Below, piece after piece: positions 32,954 through 58,403 of a DNA stretch of 64,000 nt. This DNA is from Escherichia coli. Its GTDB lineage: Bacteria > Pseudomonadota > Gammaproteobacteria > Enterobacterales > Enterobacteriaceae. The DNA lies in assembly GCF_001677475.2 (NCBI RefSeq), contig NZ_CP015229.1. One strand, given 5' to 3'. The stretch's first letter is position 1. The number at the start of each line of letters is the position of its first letter. The notes beneath the pieces are model-generated. The model saw only the letters and a program-made list of their open reading frames with translations, had not been told where the DNA came from and did no database searches. A program made the translations under genes and the position numbers.

Positions 32954-33429
32954 TGTATGACTGAAAAGCAGACCGATAACAAACTTTCTCTACCAGAGAA
33001 TAAACCAGCAGGCTTCTTACCAAGAAAAATCCTTGATGAGATCAAACGCCGCCAGCGGCGCAAGGCCAAAGAGCAGGAGTAACCATCACCAGCGCCGTGG
33101 TGCGGTGAACTGTGGCGCACAGGGTTACAGGTATCTACGATGACTGACAAATCATTAAAGAAATTATCCTCATCCAAGAAAAAACAACGCAAAAATGCGG
33201 TAAACGAACATGAACCGGAGAGATTCGCACCATGTGCGTTTATCCTTGAGAAGTACCTTAAAGAGTATTCTAGGAAAATACGCTCATTGCAGGCATGGCA
33301 GCGAATCGAGCCAGACTGATAGCATTGCCCACCAGCCAACAACCTGGTATTCTGGATATGCTCAAGTTTAGTGTTATGCCACTGGCGGCCCTCTGCGGTC
33401 GCCTTTGTTTTATGTGCCATCACTCCCCC

Positions 33430-33648
33430 TTACACCGTCTGCGTTCTGCGAGTGGATGCAAGATAAGCATCGAGATCAGTGCGCATATACAGCACTTTGC
33501 GCCCCAGCTTATGGAAAGGGATTTTTACCTTGCCAGTACAGGCCCAGTTCGCCAGCGTTTGATTGTTAACGCCAAGGTAGGCAGCAGCTTCAGCACGTGT
33601 AAGGCGGTCAGTTGATAAATCAGATTTCTTTAAATTCATATCTATCAC
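33430..33648 (-). CDS. alpA: AlpA/excisionase-family HTH regulator
   Basis: 72-aa ORF with LTRAEAAAYLGVNNQTLANWACTGKVKIPFHKLGRKVLY (MerR-like HTH_17 pattern). Confidence 0.75.
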   Translation of the reverse strand: MIDMNLKKSDLSTDRLTRAEAAAYLGVNNQTLANWACTGKVKIPFHKLGRKVLYMRTDLDAYLASTRRTQTV

Positions 33649-33709
33649 CGTGTACTTCTAAGTAACAACGGTGATAAATATCAATCAATGGGTATTTTGT
33701 TTTTAGCCC

Positions 33710-33786
33710 AATAGCCAGTTGCTGTGGGGAGGTTACCAGTTATTTAGCCTTAATAGCCAGCTATTAAGATACACTAGCCAGCTATT
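33710..33786. promoter_or_regulatory. Three TAGCCAG-containing operator-like repeats upstream of alpA
   Basis: aatagccagttgc (33710), aatagccagctatt (33752), ctagccagctattg (33773); plus inverted repeat atcaccgtg...cacggtgat at 33651-33682. Confidence 0.45.
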
Positions 33787-34507
33787 GGGGGTGAACAAGT
33801 TCAAACGAAGAATATTTATCAGGTCTTGGTGGTTGTGCTCCTGATTCTTTAATCCATTTATCCAGAGTGTTTTTACTTACTTTCCCATGATAGTAAACAG
33901 AAAGCTCGTTCAATAAACCTGTTTTACTGGCTTTAGGGTACTTTTCCCATGTTAGTTTAATTACGTGCATAACTTCATTGTAATAATGATTTCTTGGTTT
34001 GCGCGCTTTTTCTTTCTGTGATAAGGATAAAGCATCTTTTATTTTTTTATCTTTTTCATGGTTCGATATAATTTCTTCAAAAAAGTCATTAAGCAATAAC
34101 TCAACACCAACCCTAGTAAGTTTGTCTGCGTGATTACGCATTCCGACATGGTACAATGCAACTGCTGAATTTAAAGTATCGACAACCTGACAAGATAGTT
34201 TACTATCAAATATTAAAAAACCACATGAATCCATTCTTATAGCTAATTCAATAGGATATTGCTCGATTTCTCTTAATTCTAAACCATAACACAAAAGAAA
34301 TTCTCTTGTTGGATACTTTGATTTATAAAAATAATCTCTTATATCATCAATCAAGCGTTTTATAGCCTCTATGGTGGAGTTTTTCGGGGATAAAGATACA
34401 GGAACGTTTAAAACTGAAGAGTCTCGCCCACCAGTAATTAAATCATTCATAACCGAATAAATAATATATTGTTTGACCGATATATTGTTATCACCCATAT
34501 ATGTCAT
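33782..34507 (-). CDS. AT-rich orphan protein (241 aa) in the integrase-proximal cargo position
   Basis: Long ORF with visibly lower GC than the rest of the island; overlaps the int stop; no motif I can recognise. Confidence 0.6.
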   Translation of the reverse strand: MTYMGDNNISVKQYIIYSVMNDLITGGRDSSVLNVPVSLSPKNSTIEAIKRLIDDIRDYFYKSKYPTREFLLCYGLELREIEQYPIELAIRMDSCGFLIFDSKLSCQVVDTLNSAVALYHVGMRNHADKLTRVGVELLLNDFFEEIISNHEKDKKIKDALSLSQKEKARKPRNHYYNEVMHVIKLTWEKYPKASKTGLLNELSVYYHGKVSKNTLDKWIKESGAQPPRPDKYSSFELVHPQ

Positions 34508-35912
34508 TCTTTTCTTGTACTATAGCAAATAGTAAACGACGTTTTTCATCATCACTCATGCCCTCCAGTGCGGAAAGTAATTGCGCATCGATAGATTTTT
34601 TACTCTCCACCAGCCCGGCATGTTCCAGAATTGCCCGTTCTATCCGTGATGCTGGCTCCAGCAGTTCATCAGCACCGAAATGTAAATACCCCTGCGTTAC
34701 GTCGGCACTTCGCATAGTGCGGTGATTCATCAGGCGCTTGAGGATGTAATTACCCACGCCCACCAGCTCAGCAACCGTTCCGAACGTCCGGCGTGCGTCG
34801 TGCCACTTAAACGGGACAGGGAAGAGCATTTCATCGTTCGCCTCAGGAATGGTAGCCGCGCTTATCCGGTCTATGATGTGCCGTGTCTCCTGAATCACTC
34901 CCTTCACGCCAGGAAACACCAGCACATCATCAGCAGCTTTGTTTTTTAGCCTGCGAAGAAACATTTTCCGCAACGTATCAGTGATCGGCAGTTCAAGCGG
35001 ATCCCCGTTTTTCGTGGTGTCTATCCAGAAAAAGCGACCGCCCATATTCACGCGATCCCACGTAAGGCCAAAAACTTCTGATTTCCTCAGTCCGGTAAAC
35101 AGTGCCATTTCCACGGCATCACATACCGTAACAGCTATATCATCCCTTTCCTGTTCGCCCTGGTCGCGCACAGCAGCTACAGCAGCAAACCAGCGGGGAA
35201 AATCATGCAGGCGGATACGTTCCGTTTTTCTTACCGTTCCGTGCCACTGGCGCTTGGTGCTCAGTACCAGAGTCGGCGGATCCGGTAAAAGAGTATTACC
35301 CGCATCATCACGGTAATGATCATGCGCAAACCGACACACAGCACGTAGCGCACGCGCCCATAAATCGGCCTGTGCCTTGCTTCCTGTACCAACCCCAGCC
35401 CGTAACGTGGTTTTATCAGCACCGAACCATACAGCCCCATCAGTGATGGCCTTATGCCGTTGTTCCACCCGTTCGCGGGAAATACTGGCGAGGGTATGGG
35501 CCATCCAGTCACCGGAATAATTCTGTAATATGCTGCGGTACTGTTTTTCTGTGGAGGGTTTCAGGCGGTGGCCACGATTTTTTACGTAGGCGTCAATCGC
35601 CTCACTCAGCGTTATCATGGCCTTGTTGTTAGTGCGCTTTGCTATGTTCGGATTTATCCCCGTTGTGGCGACTTCGCCAAGGAGTTCCATAGCTTTAGCC
35701 CTGGCATTATCCACGCTCAGATCAGGAAAACGCCCCAGCGTTGCACGAATAAATTTTCCGTTACGCTTACGGGAAATGCAGAAACTTTTCACACCAGACG
35801 AACCTACACGGACACGCAGCCCGTTAACCTCCGTATCACCATATTCGACCTGTCCATGTTCCGGCGTTGGCAGTTCTGCAATTTTTACTTTAGAGAATCT
35901 GAATAATTTCAC
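34491..35912 (-). CDS. int: Tyrosine site-specific integrase
   Basis: 473-aa ORF from a GTG start; catalytic signature region (LRKSE..., WHDARRTFGT, ...QGYLHF) with an N-terminal arm-binding-like domain. Confidence 0.85.
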   Translation of the reverse strand: MKLFRFSKVKIAELPTPEHGQVEYGDTEVNGLRVRVGSSGVKSFCISRKRNGKFIRATLGRFPDLSVDNARAKAMELLGEVATTGINPNIAKRTNNKAMITLSEAIDAYVKNRGHRLKPSTEKQYRSILQNYSGDWMAHTLASISRERVEQRHKAITDGAVWFGADKTTLRAGVGTGSKAQADLWARALRAVCRFAHDHYRDDAGNTLLPDPPTLVLSTKRQWHGTVRKTERIRLHDFPRWFAAVAAVRDQGEQERDDIAVTVCDAVEMALFTGLRKSEVFGLTWDRVNMGGRFFWIDTTKNGDPLELPITDTLRKMFLRRLKNKAADDVLVFPGVKGVIQETRHIIDRISAATIPEANDEMLFPVPFKWHDARRTFGTVAELVGVGNYILKRLMNHRTMRSADVTQGYLHFGADELLEPASRIERAILEHAGLVESKKSIDAQLLSALEGMSDDEKRRLLFAIVQEKNDIYG

Positions 35913-35935
35913 TCATACACCCCACCAAGCGATCT

Positions 35936-35997
35936 GGTATCCTGGAAAATCGCTTGTTCTGCTCCAGGATACCTATAGGATACCGTAAAGAAGTATT
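35936..35997 (+). promoter_or_regulatory. Arm-type repeats near attR, directly upstream of the integrase start
   Basis: ggtatcctgg / ccaggatacc inverted pair plus tandem GGATACC copies and the block shared with 22594-22627. Confidence 0.45.
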
Positions 35998-36092
35998 TTG
36001 GGGTATATACAGGTATTTATACAGTAGTTTTAAAAAATGCTAAGGTATTGAAAAGTATCGCTAAGTATCTGTAAGTAAAGGGTTATCAACCA

Positions 36093-36141
36093 ACTCATAA
36101 TCGCTTGGTCGCTGGTTCAAGTCCAGCAGGGGCCACCAGAT
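36093..36141 (+). repeat. attR core (displaced partial copy of tRNA-Ile 3' end)
   Basis: 49-bp exact copy of 22506-22554; upstream sequence is not tRNA-like, so this is not a functional tRNA. Confidence 0.85.
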
Positions 36142-36191
36142 ATAGCAAAGGCTGACGAGAAATCGTCAGCCTTTTTCTTTTTATATATCAG

Positions 36192-36956
36192 TTACTTTGC
36201 GTGCCAGTAAGCCGCTGCACGTACCCGCTGTGGATCATACTGTTCCGCTTCAAAGCGGCGGCTTAAATTCTTAACGACTTTGCCTTCGCCGGTTATCCAG
36301 ATGAAGTAATCATCGGCAGGGATTTGCATCTGCGCCAGACGCGCATCTACTGCCTGCTCATCATGTGCCAGCCATTCGATATTAAAACCATCAAGGTGCG
36401 CGAGATAATCCTGACAGGCGTTATCCCGCACGCTAACCAGCGCACTAACTTGCGGTTTAACGGCAAGTTTGCTCAACGTTTCCAGGCGGCGGCGCAGTGC
36501 GGGCATTCCGGATTCATCGCAGACATACAGCTGATACGCGTAATCTTCCGGCACCACCAGCGAACCGCGGGGACCTGCCACCGTGAGTTTATCGCCCGGT
36601 TGCGCCTGCATTGCCCAGCTGCTGGCGACGCCACCTTCGTGAATAAAGAAATCAATCGCCAGTACATGGCGTAGTTCGTCATACAGCGGTGTATAGTCAC
36701 GCGACGGTGGGCGTGGTCCTTCCGGCCAGACGATGCCCTCTTCCGTTACTGTTGGCGGCACAAAGTGAGCATCAGATTGAGGAAAGAAGAGTTTGCTGTG
36801 ATCGTCAAAGCCGCGCGATGTAAAACCGTCCAGCGCCTCGCCGCCAAAGACAATGCGCTGAAAACCGGCGCTAATACGCTCAACGCGTAGCACAGTCAGT
36901 TCACGGAAGCGCAGATCATTGCGAACGCGCTGCGGGTAGCGGGGGGAGTTATTCAT
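36192..36956 (-). CDS. yqjH: NADPH-dependent ferric-siderophore reductase (siderophore-interacting protein)
   Basis: 254-aa ORF, FAD-binding/ViuB-like; divergent from yqjI. Confidence 0.88.
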   Translation of the reverse strand: MNNSPRYPQRVRNDLRFRELTVLRVERISAGFQRIVFGGEALDGFTSRGFDDHSKLFFPQSDAHFVPPTVTEEGIVWPEGPRPPSRDYTPLYDELRHVLAIDFFIHEGGVASSWAMQAQPGDKLTVAGPRGSLVVPEDYAYQLYVCDESGMPALRRRLETLSKLAVKPQVSALVSVRDNACQDYLAHLDGFNIEWLAHDEQAVDARLAQMQIPADDYFIWITGEGKVVKNLSRRFEAEQYDPQRVRAAAYWHAK

Positions 36957-37232
36957 TGTTATCGCCTTCGTGATAGTAATAAGATATATCTAAATAAATT
37001 TCGTAAATGATAATGATTGTTAATCATGATAAATGCAAGCGATTTGTAGAACTGATACATCTGAGGTATGAGAAGACATTCAACGTCGTAGAAAGGCTGG
37101 CGGATGCGGCGTGAACGTATTATCCGGCCTGGATGTGAGGTGCATTCACGTTTAAAAATCATTTTTATACTTGCAAGAGCGCTCATGTCAGATATAAATT
37201 AGATATATCTAATTAAGCAAAAGGAGGCTGAT

Positions 37233-37856
37233 ATGAGCCATCATCACGAAGGGTGTTGTAAACATGAAGGCCAGCCACGCCATGAAGGCTGCTGCAAAGG
37301 TGAGAAGTCAGAACATGAGCACTGCGGACACGGTCACCAGCATGAACACGGTCAATGCTGCGGTGGTCGCCACGGTCGCGGCGGCGGTCGTCGGCAGCGT
37401 TTCTTTGGTCACGGTGAATTGCGTCTGGTGATTCTGGATATTCTCTCGCGCGATGACAGCCACGGTTACGAGTTGATTAAAGCGATTGAAAATCTGACCC
37501 AGGGGAATTACACCCCAAGCCCGGGCGTCATCTACCCGACGCTGGATTTTCTCCAGGAGCAGTCGCTGATTACCATCCGCGAAGAGGAAGGTGGTAAGAA
37601 GCAGATTGCGCTGACCGAACAAGGCGCGCAGTGGCTGGAAGAAAACCGCGAACAGGTGGAGATGATCGAAGAACGCATCAAAGCGCGTTGCGTTGGTGCA
37701 GCGCTGCGCCAGAACCCGCAAATGAAGCGGGCGCTGGATAATTTTAAAGCGGTGCTGGATTTACGCGTCAACCAGAGCGATATCACTGATGCACAAATAA
37801 AAAAGATCATTGCGGTGATCGACCGCGCCGCTTTTGATATTACGCAACTGGATTAA
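37233..37856 (+). CDS. yqjI: PadR-family metal-responsive repressor with His/Cys-rich N-terminus
   Basis: 207-aa ORF, MSHHHEGCCKHEGQPRHEGCCKGE... followed by a PadR-type wHTH. Confidence 0.88.
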   Translation: MSHHHEGCCKHEGQPRHEGCCKGEKSEHEHCGHGHQHEHGQCCGGRHGRGGGRRQRFFGHGELRLVILDILSRDDSHGYELIKAIENLTQGNYTPSPGVIYPTLDFLQEQSLITIREEEGGKKQIALTEQGAQWLEENREQVEMIEERIKARCVGAALRQNPQMKRALDNFKAVLDLRVNQSDITDAQIKKIIAVIDRAAFDITQLD

Positions 37857-37863
37857 TCACCGA

Positions 37864-37958
37864 TTGCCGGATGCGGCGTACCCTACACACCCCGTAGGCC
37901 TGATAAGATGCGCCAGCATCGCATCAGGCATTGTGCTCCAACCGCCGGATGCGGCATA
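37864..37958. repeat. BIME (tandem REP elements)
   Basis: gccggatgcggcgtaccc... and ...ccgccggatgcggcatacc repeats between yqjI and aer. Confidence 0.65.
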
Positions 37959-37962
37959 CCGA

Positions 37963-39483
37963 TTAATGCAGCACCGTCACCGCGTCTTCCAGTCGGCTGG
38001 CGCGGTGTTTCACCATCGCCGACACCTGCGCACTCTCTTCCACCAGCTCGGCATTTTTCTGGGTGATCAGGTTAAGCTCATCCACTGCACGGGTCAGGCT
38101 GGAAAGCCCATCGGCCTGTTCCAGCGTTGAGTGGCTAATCTGGGCGATCAACTGGGTGACGTTTTTCACCTGTGCCACAATATCTTCCATCGTCCGTCCG
38201 GCGGCGTGTACCTGCTGCGAACCGGATTGCACCTTATCAGCACTGGCATCAATCAGCTTGCGAATATCGTTGGCAGCATTGGCGCTGCGGCTGGCTAAAT
38301 GACGCACTTCCCCTGCCACCACTGCAAAACCTTTGCCTTGTTCGCCGGCTCGTGCCGCTTCCACCGCCGCATTCAGGGCCAGAATATTGGTCTGAAACGC
38401 AATATCGTTAATCAGCGAAGTAATGGTGCCAATGCGCTGGGTACTGTCGGCGATATCGTCCATTGTCTTGATCACCGTGCTCATCGCCTCCCCGCCCTGC
38501 ACTGCCGCATTACTGGCAGTGATAGAAAGTTTATCGGCAGCCGACGCCGTGGCAGAGTTCTGTTTCACCGACGCCGCCATTTGGTTCATGGTCGCCACCG
38601 TTTGCTGAACGTTATCAACTGTCTGCTGGGTATGTTCGTTCAGTTCATCGGTGCCTTTCGCCAGCGTCTCACTGCCGTTTCTGACACTGGACACCTGGCT
38701 TGAGACATCGTTAATTAGCCAACGGCACATCAGGCCAAGCTGCCCTACCGCGCGTAATGTCAGCCCCAGCTCATCGCTGCGATTCAGATGCTCAACACTA
38801 TTACGCTCTCCGGTCGCCACCTTCAGTGACTGACGGGCGACATTTTCTATCGGGCGGACAATCTGCCATTCAAAACAGGCGCTTGCCAACAATACCACTA
38901 ACGCACAGAGGATATACGTCACCACCGGGGCAGCAACAAACCAAAGCATGACCGCCAGCAAGATAAACATCAGGGTCATCACGCCACGCGCCCGCCAGCG
39001 AAGCGGTAATGAAGGCAGTTTACCCAGCCAGCCTTTACGCACCACCAGGCCTTTATGAATACGCTTACTGGTACGTCCGGCGTTCAACGCTTTGTACAGC
39101 GGCTCCACCGCCGCGATCTCTTCATCCGTCGCCCGGGTACGAATCGACATATAGCCACTGATTTTTCCCTCACGCACCATCGGTACCGCATTGGCCCGCA
39201 CCCAATAATGGTCGCCATTTTTGCGGCGATTTTTCACGATGCCGCTCCAGGGCTCCCCTTTTTTCAGGGTGAACCACATATCCGCAAACGCCGCTTTTGG
39301 CATATCCGGGTGACGCACCATGTTGTGCGGCTGCCCTTGTAACTCTTGCAAGGTATAGCCGCTCACCTGTACAAAAGTGTCATTAGCATGAGTGAGATAG
39401 CTTTTCAGATCGGTAGTGGACATCAGAGTGGTATCGTCCGCCAGCGGGGTATTTTGCTGGGTGACATACGAATGAGAAGACAT
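37963..39483 (-). CDS. aer: Aerotaxis receptor (PAS domain plus MCP signalling domain)
   Basis: 506-aa ORF; N-terminal PAS, central TM hairpin, C-terminal methyl-accepting signalling domain. Confidence 0.9.
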   Translation of the reverse strand: MSSHSYVTQQNTPLADDTTLMSTTDLKSYLTHANDTFVQVSGYTLQELQGQPHNMVRHPDMPKAAFADMWFTLKKGEPWSGIVKNRRKNGDHYWVRANAVPMVREGKISGYMSIRTRATDEEIAAVEPLYKALNAGRTSKRIHKGLVVRKGWLGKLPSLPLRWRARGVMTLMFILLAVMLWFVAAPVVTYILCALVVLLASACFEWQIVRPIENVARQSLKVATGERNSVEHLNRSDELGLTLRAVGQLGLMCRWLINDVSSQVSSVRNGSETLAKGTDELNEHTQQTVDNVQQTVATMNQMAASVKQNSATASAADKLSITASNAAVQGGEAMSTVIKTMDDIADSTQRIGTITSLINDIAFQTNILALNAAVEAARAGEQGKGFAVVAGEVRHLASRSANAANDIRKLIDASADKVQSGSQQVHAAGRTMEDIVAQVKNVTQLIAQISHSTLEQADGLSSLTRAVDELNLITQKNAELVEESAQVSAMVKHRASRLEDAVTVLH

Positions 39484-39765
39484 GTTCGCGTCCTGTGCAG
39501 GTTATATGGTTGTTAACTTCTTGTCAGAGTTTATGTCGGCCCCGCTGCGGTTATCTTTAACCGATTAATTTGATTTAGATCGCAATTTGCGATTAAAGCA
39601 CAAATCTAATTCCTTGATTTAAAATACTTTCACTCTGTTACTATACGAAAACGTTAATTATCTTGCCCAAAAATCAGGCAGTTAATGCCCTGAAAGCGTG
39701 CATTTGCGCAGCAATCATCAAATCCATACCCGACAAAAACCGTGCAAAATAACAGCAAATATTAA

Positions 39766-41280
<1,515 letters not shown>

Positions 41281-41321
41281 TATCAAATCGGATGGCGATA
41301 CGACGTCGCCATCCGATCTTT

Positions 41322-41751
<430 letters not shown>

Positions 41752-41753
41752 CA

Positions 41754-51883
<10,130 letters not shown>

Positions 51884-51909
51884 GCCAGTGAGCAAACACG
51901 GCACTATCT

Positions 51910-53479
<1,570 letters not shown>

Positions 53480-53482
53480 AAT

Positions 53483-53591
<109 letters not shown>

Positions 53592-53592
53592 C

Positions 53593-53639
<47 letters not shown>

Positions 53640-53756
53640 GCGTCGTATCCGGCATTTCCAATGGGCGTATTCTTTTTGAATCCCATCACAAACCCCGCAC
53701 TCCCCTTTTCCCTTTTCTCTGGCGACGGCTAAATTAGAACTCATCCGACCACATAA

Positions 53757-55802
<2,046 letters not shown>

Positions 55803-55816
55803 ATCGTGCATTGAAG

Positions 55817-55910
<94 letters not shown>

Positions 55911-55919
55911 CTGCCAATC

Positions 55920-57056
55920 TTAACGACGACGCCCCAATTTCACCGCTTTCAGCACCACAAATTTATTATTCGTGGCAATAGTGGTGCAGTTGCCGAAAAT
56001 TTTCTTCAGTTTGTGGAAGTAATCCAGATGGCGGTTGGCAACGATATACAGCTCACCATTGATTTTCAGGCAGCGGCGGGCGTGGTGGAACATCTCCCAG
56101 GCGACGTTATCGGTCAGCGCATGTTGTTGATGAAACGGCGGGTTGCAGAGCACAGCATTAAAGCGAAAAGGCTCCACGCCGGAGAGCGCGTTGTTGATCA
56201 TAAACTCGCAGCGATCCAACGCCTCTGGCATGTTGGTTTCAACGTTCAAACGGCTGGAAGCAACCGCCATCGGTGATTCATCGACAAACACCACTTTCGC
56301 CTGCGGGTTTTTATCAAGCAATGTCAGGCCAATTACACCATTACCACAGCCGAGATCGACAATCTCACCTTCGAGATTCTCTGGCAGATGTTGCATAAAG
56401 AAGCGCGCGCCAATATCCAGCCCGGTGCGGGAGAAGACATTCGCATGGTTGTGGATAGTCCAGTCAGTACCTTCCAGTTTCCAGCTAACGGTCTGCGGCG
56501 CATCGGCCAGCGGCGGTTCATTGAATGTACAGTTAATCAGGCGCGCTTTTTTCCATGCCAGCGTGGTGGTGGTCGGGCCGAGTACTTTTTCGAACAGTTC
56601 CAGCGTGGAAGTGTGAATGTCACGGGCTTTGGCACCGGCAATAATACGTGTATCCGACGTGACCACTTTGCGCAGCGCACGCAGTTGCTGTTCCAGCAAT
56701 GCCAGTGTTTTCGGCACTTTGATCAGCACCACACCCGGCTGTTGCGGGTAGTCGGCGGTGCTGTCGAGAAACTTCACGCTCGACTCATCAATCCCGTTGA
56801 GGCGTAAATTCTCGCGCGTCGCCAGTTCACTGATGTATGAGTCGCCAATGCTGTACGGCTTATGTTCCGCCAGCGCACAACTTAACGCACCAAAGGCATC
56901 ATTCAGGATCAACACCGGGCCGCGGATTTCTGTGTCGTCCAACTGTTGCAGCAAATATTCATCCGCCGCTTCCCACGCCTGTAGCGGGTTAACGTCATCC
57001 GTCGCCGGAAAACGTTGTAGTGTCAGTGAACGGAAACCGTTGTCTAAGTGGCTCAT
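55920..57056 (-). CDS. rlmG: 23S rRNA (guanine1835-N2)-methyltransferase
   Basis: 378-aa ORF with two Rossmann-type methyltransferase halves (motif VDLGCGNG). Confidence 0.88.
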   Translation of the reverse strand: MSHLDNGFRSLTLQRFPATDDVNPLQAWEAADEYLLQQLDDTEIRGPVLILNDAFGALSCALAEHKPYSIGDSYISELATRENLRLNGIDESSVKFLDSTADYPQQPGVVLIKVPKTLALLEQQLRALRKVVTSDTRIIAGAKARDIHTSTLELFEKVLGPTTTTLAWKKARLINCTFNEPPLADAPQTVSWKLEGTDWTIHNHANVFSRTGLDIGARFFMQHLPENLEGEIVDLGCGNGVIGLTLLDKNPQAKVVFVDESPMAVASSRLNVETNMPEALDRCEFMINNALSGVEPFRFNAVLCNPPFHQQHALTDNVAWEMFHHARRCLKINGELYIVANRHLDYFHKLKKIFGNCTTIATNNKFVVLKAVKLGRRR

Positions 57057-57140
57057 CGGCCCTCCTGAATGATAAAATTTCGACGTTGCCCCTGAAAAGG
57101 GTGCGTGAGTATACCCTTTTTCTCTTTTTCGTGGGCGGTT

Positions 57141-57644
57141 ATGAGCAATCTTACTTATCTTCAGGGTTACCCCGAGCAGCTACTTTCCCAAGTGCGCACG
57201 CTGATTAATGAACAACGTCTGGGCGATGTGCTGGCAAAACGCTATCCGGGAACGCACGACTACGCCACCGATAAAGCCCTCTGGCAATATACCCAGGATC
57301 TGAAAAATCAGTTTCTGCGCAATGCCCCGCCGATCAATAAAGTGATGTATGACAACAAGATCCATGTGCTAAAAAACGCGCTCGGGTTACATACCGCTGT
57401 TTCTCGTGTGCAGGGCGGCAAGCTGAAAGCGAAAGCAGAGATCCGCGTCGCTACCGTGTTTCGCAACGCGCCGGAACCGTTTTTACGTATGATCGTCGTC
57501 CATGAACTGGCGCATCTGAAAGAGAAAGAGCACAACAAAGCGTTCTATCAATTGTGTTGCCATATGGAACCGCAGTACCACCAGCTTGAGTTTGACACCC
57601 GGCTGTGGCTAACGCAGTTGTCGCTTGAGCAGGACAAAATCTGA
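57141..57644 (+). CDS. ygjP: Putative metal-dependent hydrolase (HExxH motif)
   Basis: Recognised N-terminus [10 protein letters not shown] begins at 57141 (ORF track starts at an upstream GTG); [12 protein letters not shown] motif. Confidence 0.82.
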   Translation: MSNLTYLQGYPEQLLSQVRTLINEQRLGDVLAKRYPGTHDYATDKALWQYTQDLKNQFLRNAPPINKVMYDNKIHVLKNALGLHTAVSRVQGGKLKAKAEIRVATVFRNAPEPFLRMIVVHELAHLKEKEHNKAFYQLCCHMEPQYHQLEFDTRLWLTQLSLEQDKI

Positions 57645-57710
57645 AAATGATGCCAGGCGTTATATTTTCAACCATTAACGCCTAAAATCGACGCCCCCTC
57701 TTTTCGGACC

Positions 57711-58403
57711 ATGCTGCGCGCATTTGCTCGCCTTCTTCGCCGCGTTTGTTTTTCTCGCCGGACTCTTAAAATTGCCTGTTTATTGTTGCTTGTGGCAGGA
57801 GCGACCATTTTTATCGCCGATCGCGCAATGGTCACCGCCAGCAAGCAGCTGACCTGGAGCGATATCAACGCCGTTCCGGCGCGTAACGTGGGTTTATTGC
57901 TGGGGGCGCGACCGGGTAATCGCTACTTTACCCGACGCATTGATACCGCAGCAGCGTTGTACCATGCCGGAAAAGTGAAATGGCTGCTGGTAAGTGGCGA
58001 TAACGGACGTAAAAATTACGATGAAGCATCAGGCATGCAGCAGGCTTTGATCGCTAAAGGCGTACCGGCGAAAGTGATCTTCTGCGACTATGCCGGATTC
58101 TCAACGCTTGATTCGGTAGTGCGTGCCAAAAAGGTGTTTGGGGAAAACCATATCACCATTATTTCGCAAGAATTTCATAACCAACGCGCCATCTGGCTGG
58201 CAAAGCAATACGGCATTGATGCCATCGGGTTTAACGCGCCAGACCTGAATATGAAGCACGGCTTTTATACTCAGCTACGGGAAAAACTCGCCAGAGTCAG
58301 TGCGGTGATTGACGCGAAAATCCTCCATCGCCAGCCGAAATATCTTGGGTCATCGGTCATGATTGGTCCGTTTAGTGAGCATGGCTGCCCGGCGAAAGAA
58401 TAA
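57711..58403 (+). CDS. ygjQ: DUF218-family membrane-anchored protein
   Basis: 230-aa ORF with N-terminal TM segment. Confidence 0.82.
   Translation: MLRAFARLLRRVCFSRRTLKIACLLLLVAGATIFIADRAMVTASKQLTWSDINAVPARNVGLLLGARPGNRYFTRRIDTAAALYHAGKVKWLLVSGDNGRKNYDEASGMQQALIAKGVPAKVIFCDYAGFSTLDSVVRAKKVFGENHITIISQEFHNQRAIWLAKQYGIDAIGFNAPDLNMKHGFYTQLREKLARVSAVIDAKILHRQPKYLGSSVMIGPFSEHGCPAKE

Larger units (their letters stand above)
22552..36141. mobile_element. Integrated phage-satellite / PICI-like genomic island (P4-type replication module, lambda-type cos packaging module)
   Basis: Bounded by a 49-bp direct repeat (22506-22554 and 36093-36141) that includes the tRNA 3' end; contains integrase, AlpA-like regulator, primase with iterons, cos site, Nu1-like terS and capsid genes; the K-12 backbone as I recall it has ileX directly followed by yqjH. 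Confidence 0.85.

Noticed and set aside
32623-33423. Long stop-free minus-strand frame (upstream part of the 334-aa ORF)
   Set aside because: Cys/Ser/Arg/His-rich low-complexity translation typical of an off-frame read; the plus strand carries better candidates (RHH-like gene and small ORFs). Only the C-terminal 67 codons with their own start look genuine.
36093-36141. Second tRNA-Ile-like sequence
   Set aside because: Only the 3' 46 nt of the tRNA are present with no matching 5' half; it is the att repeat, not a gene.
37233-37400. His/Cys-rich N-terminus of yqjI as a possible frameshift or artefact
   Set aside because: The metal-binding His/Cys-rich N-terminal extension is a known native feature of this PadR-family regulator.
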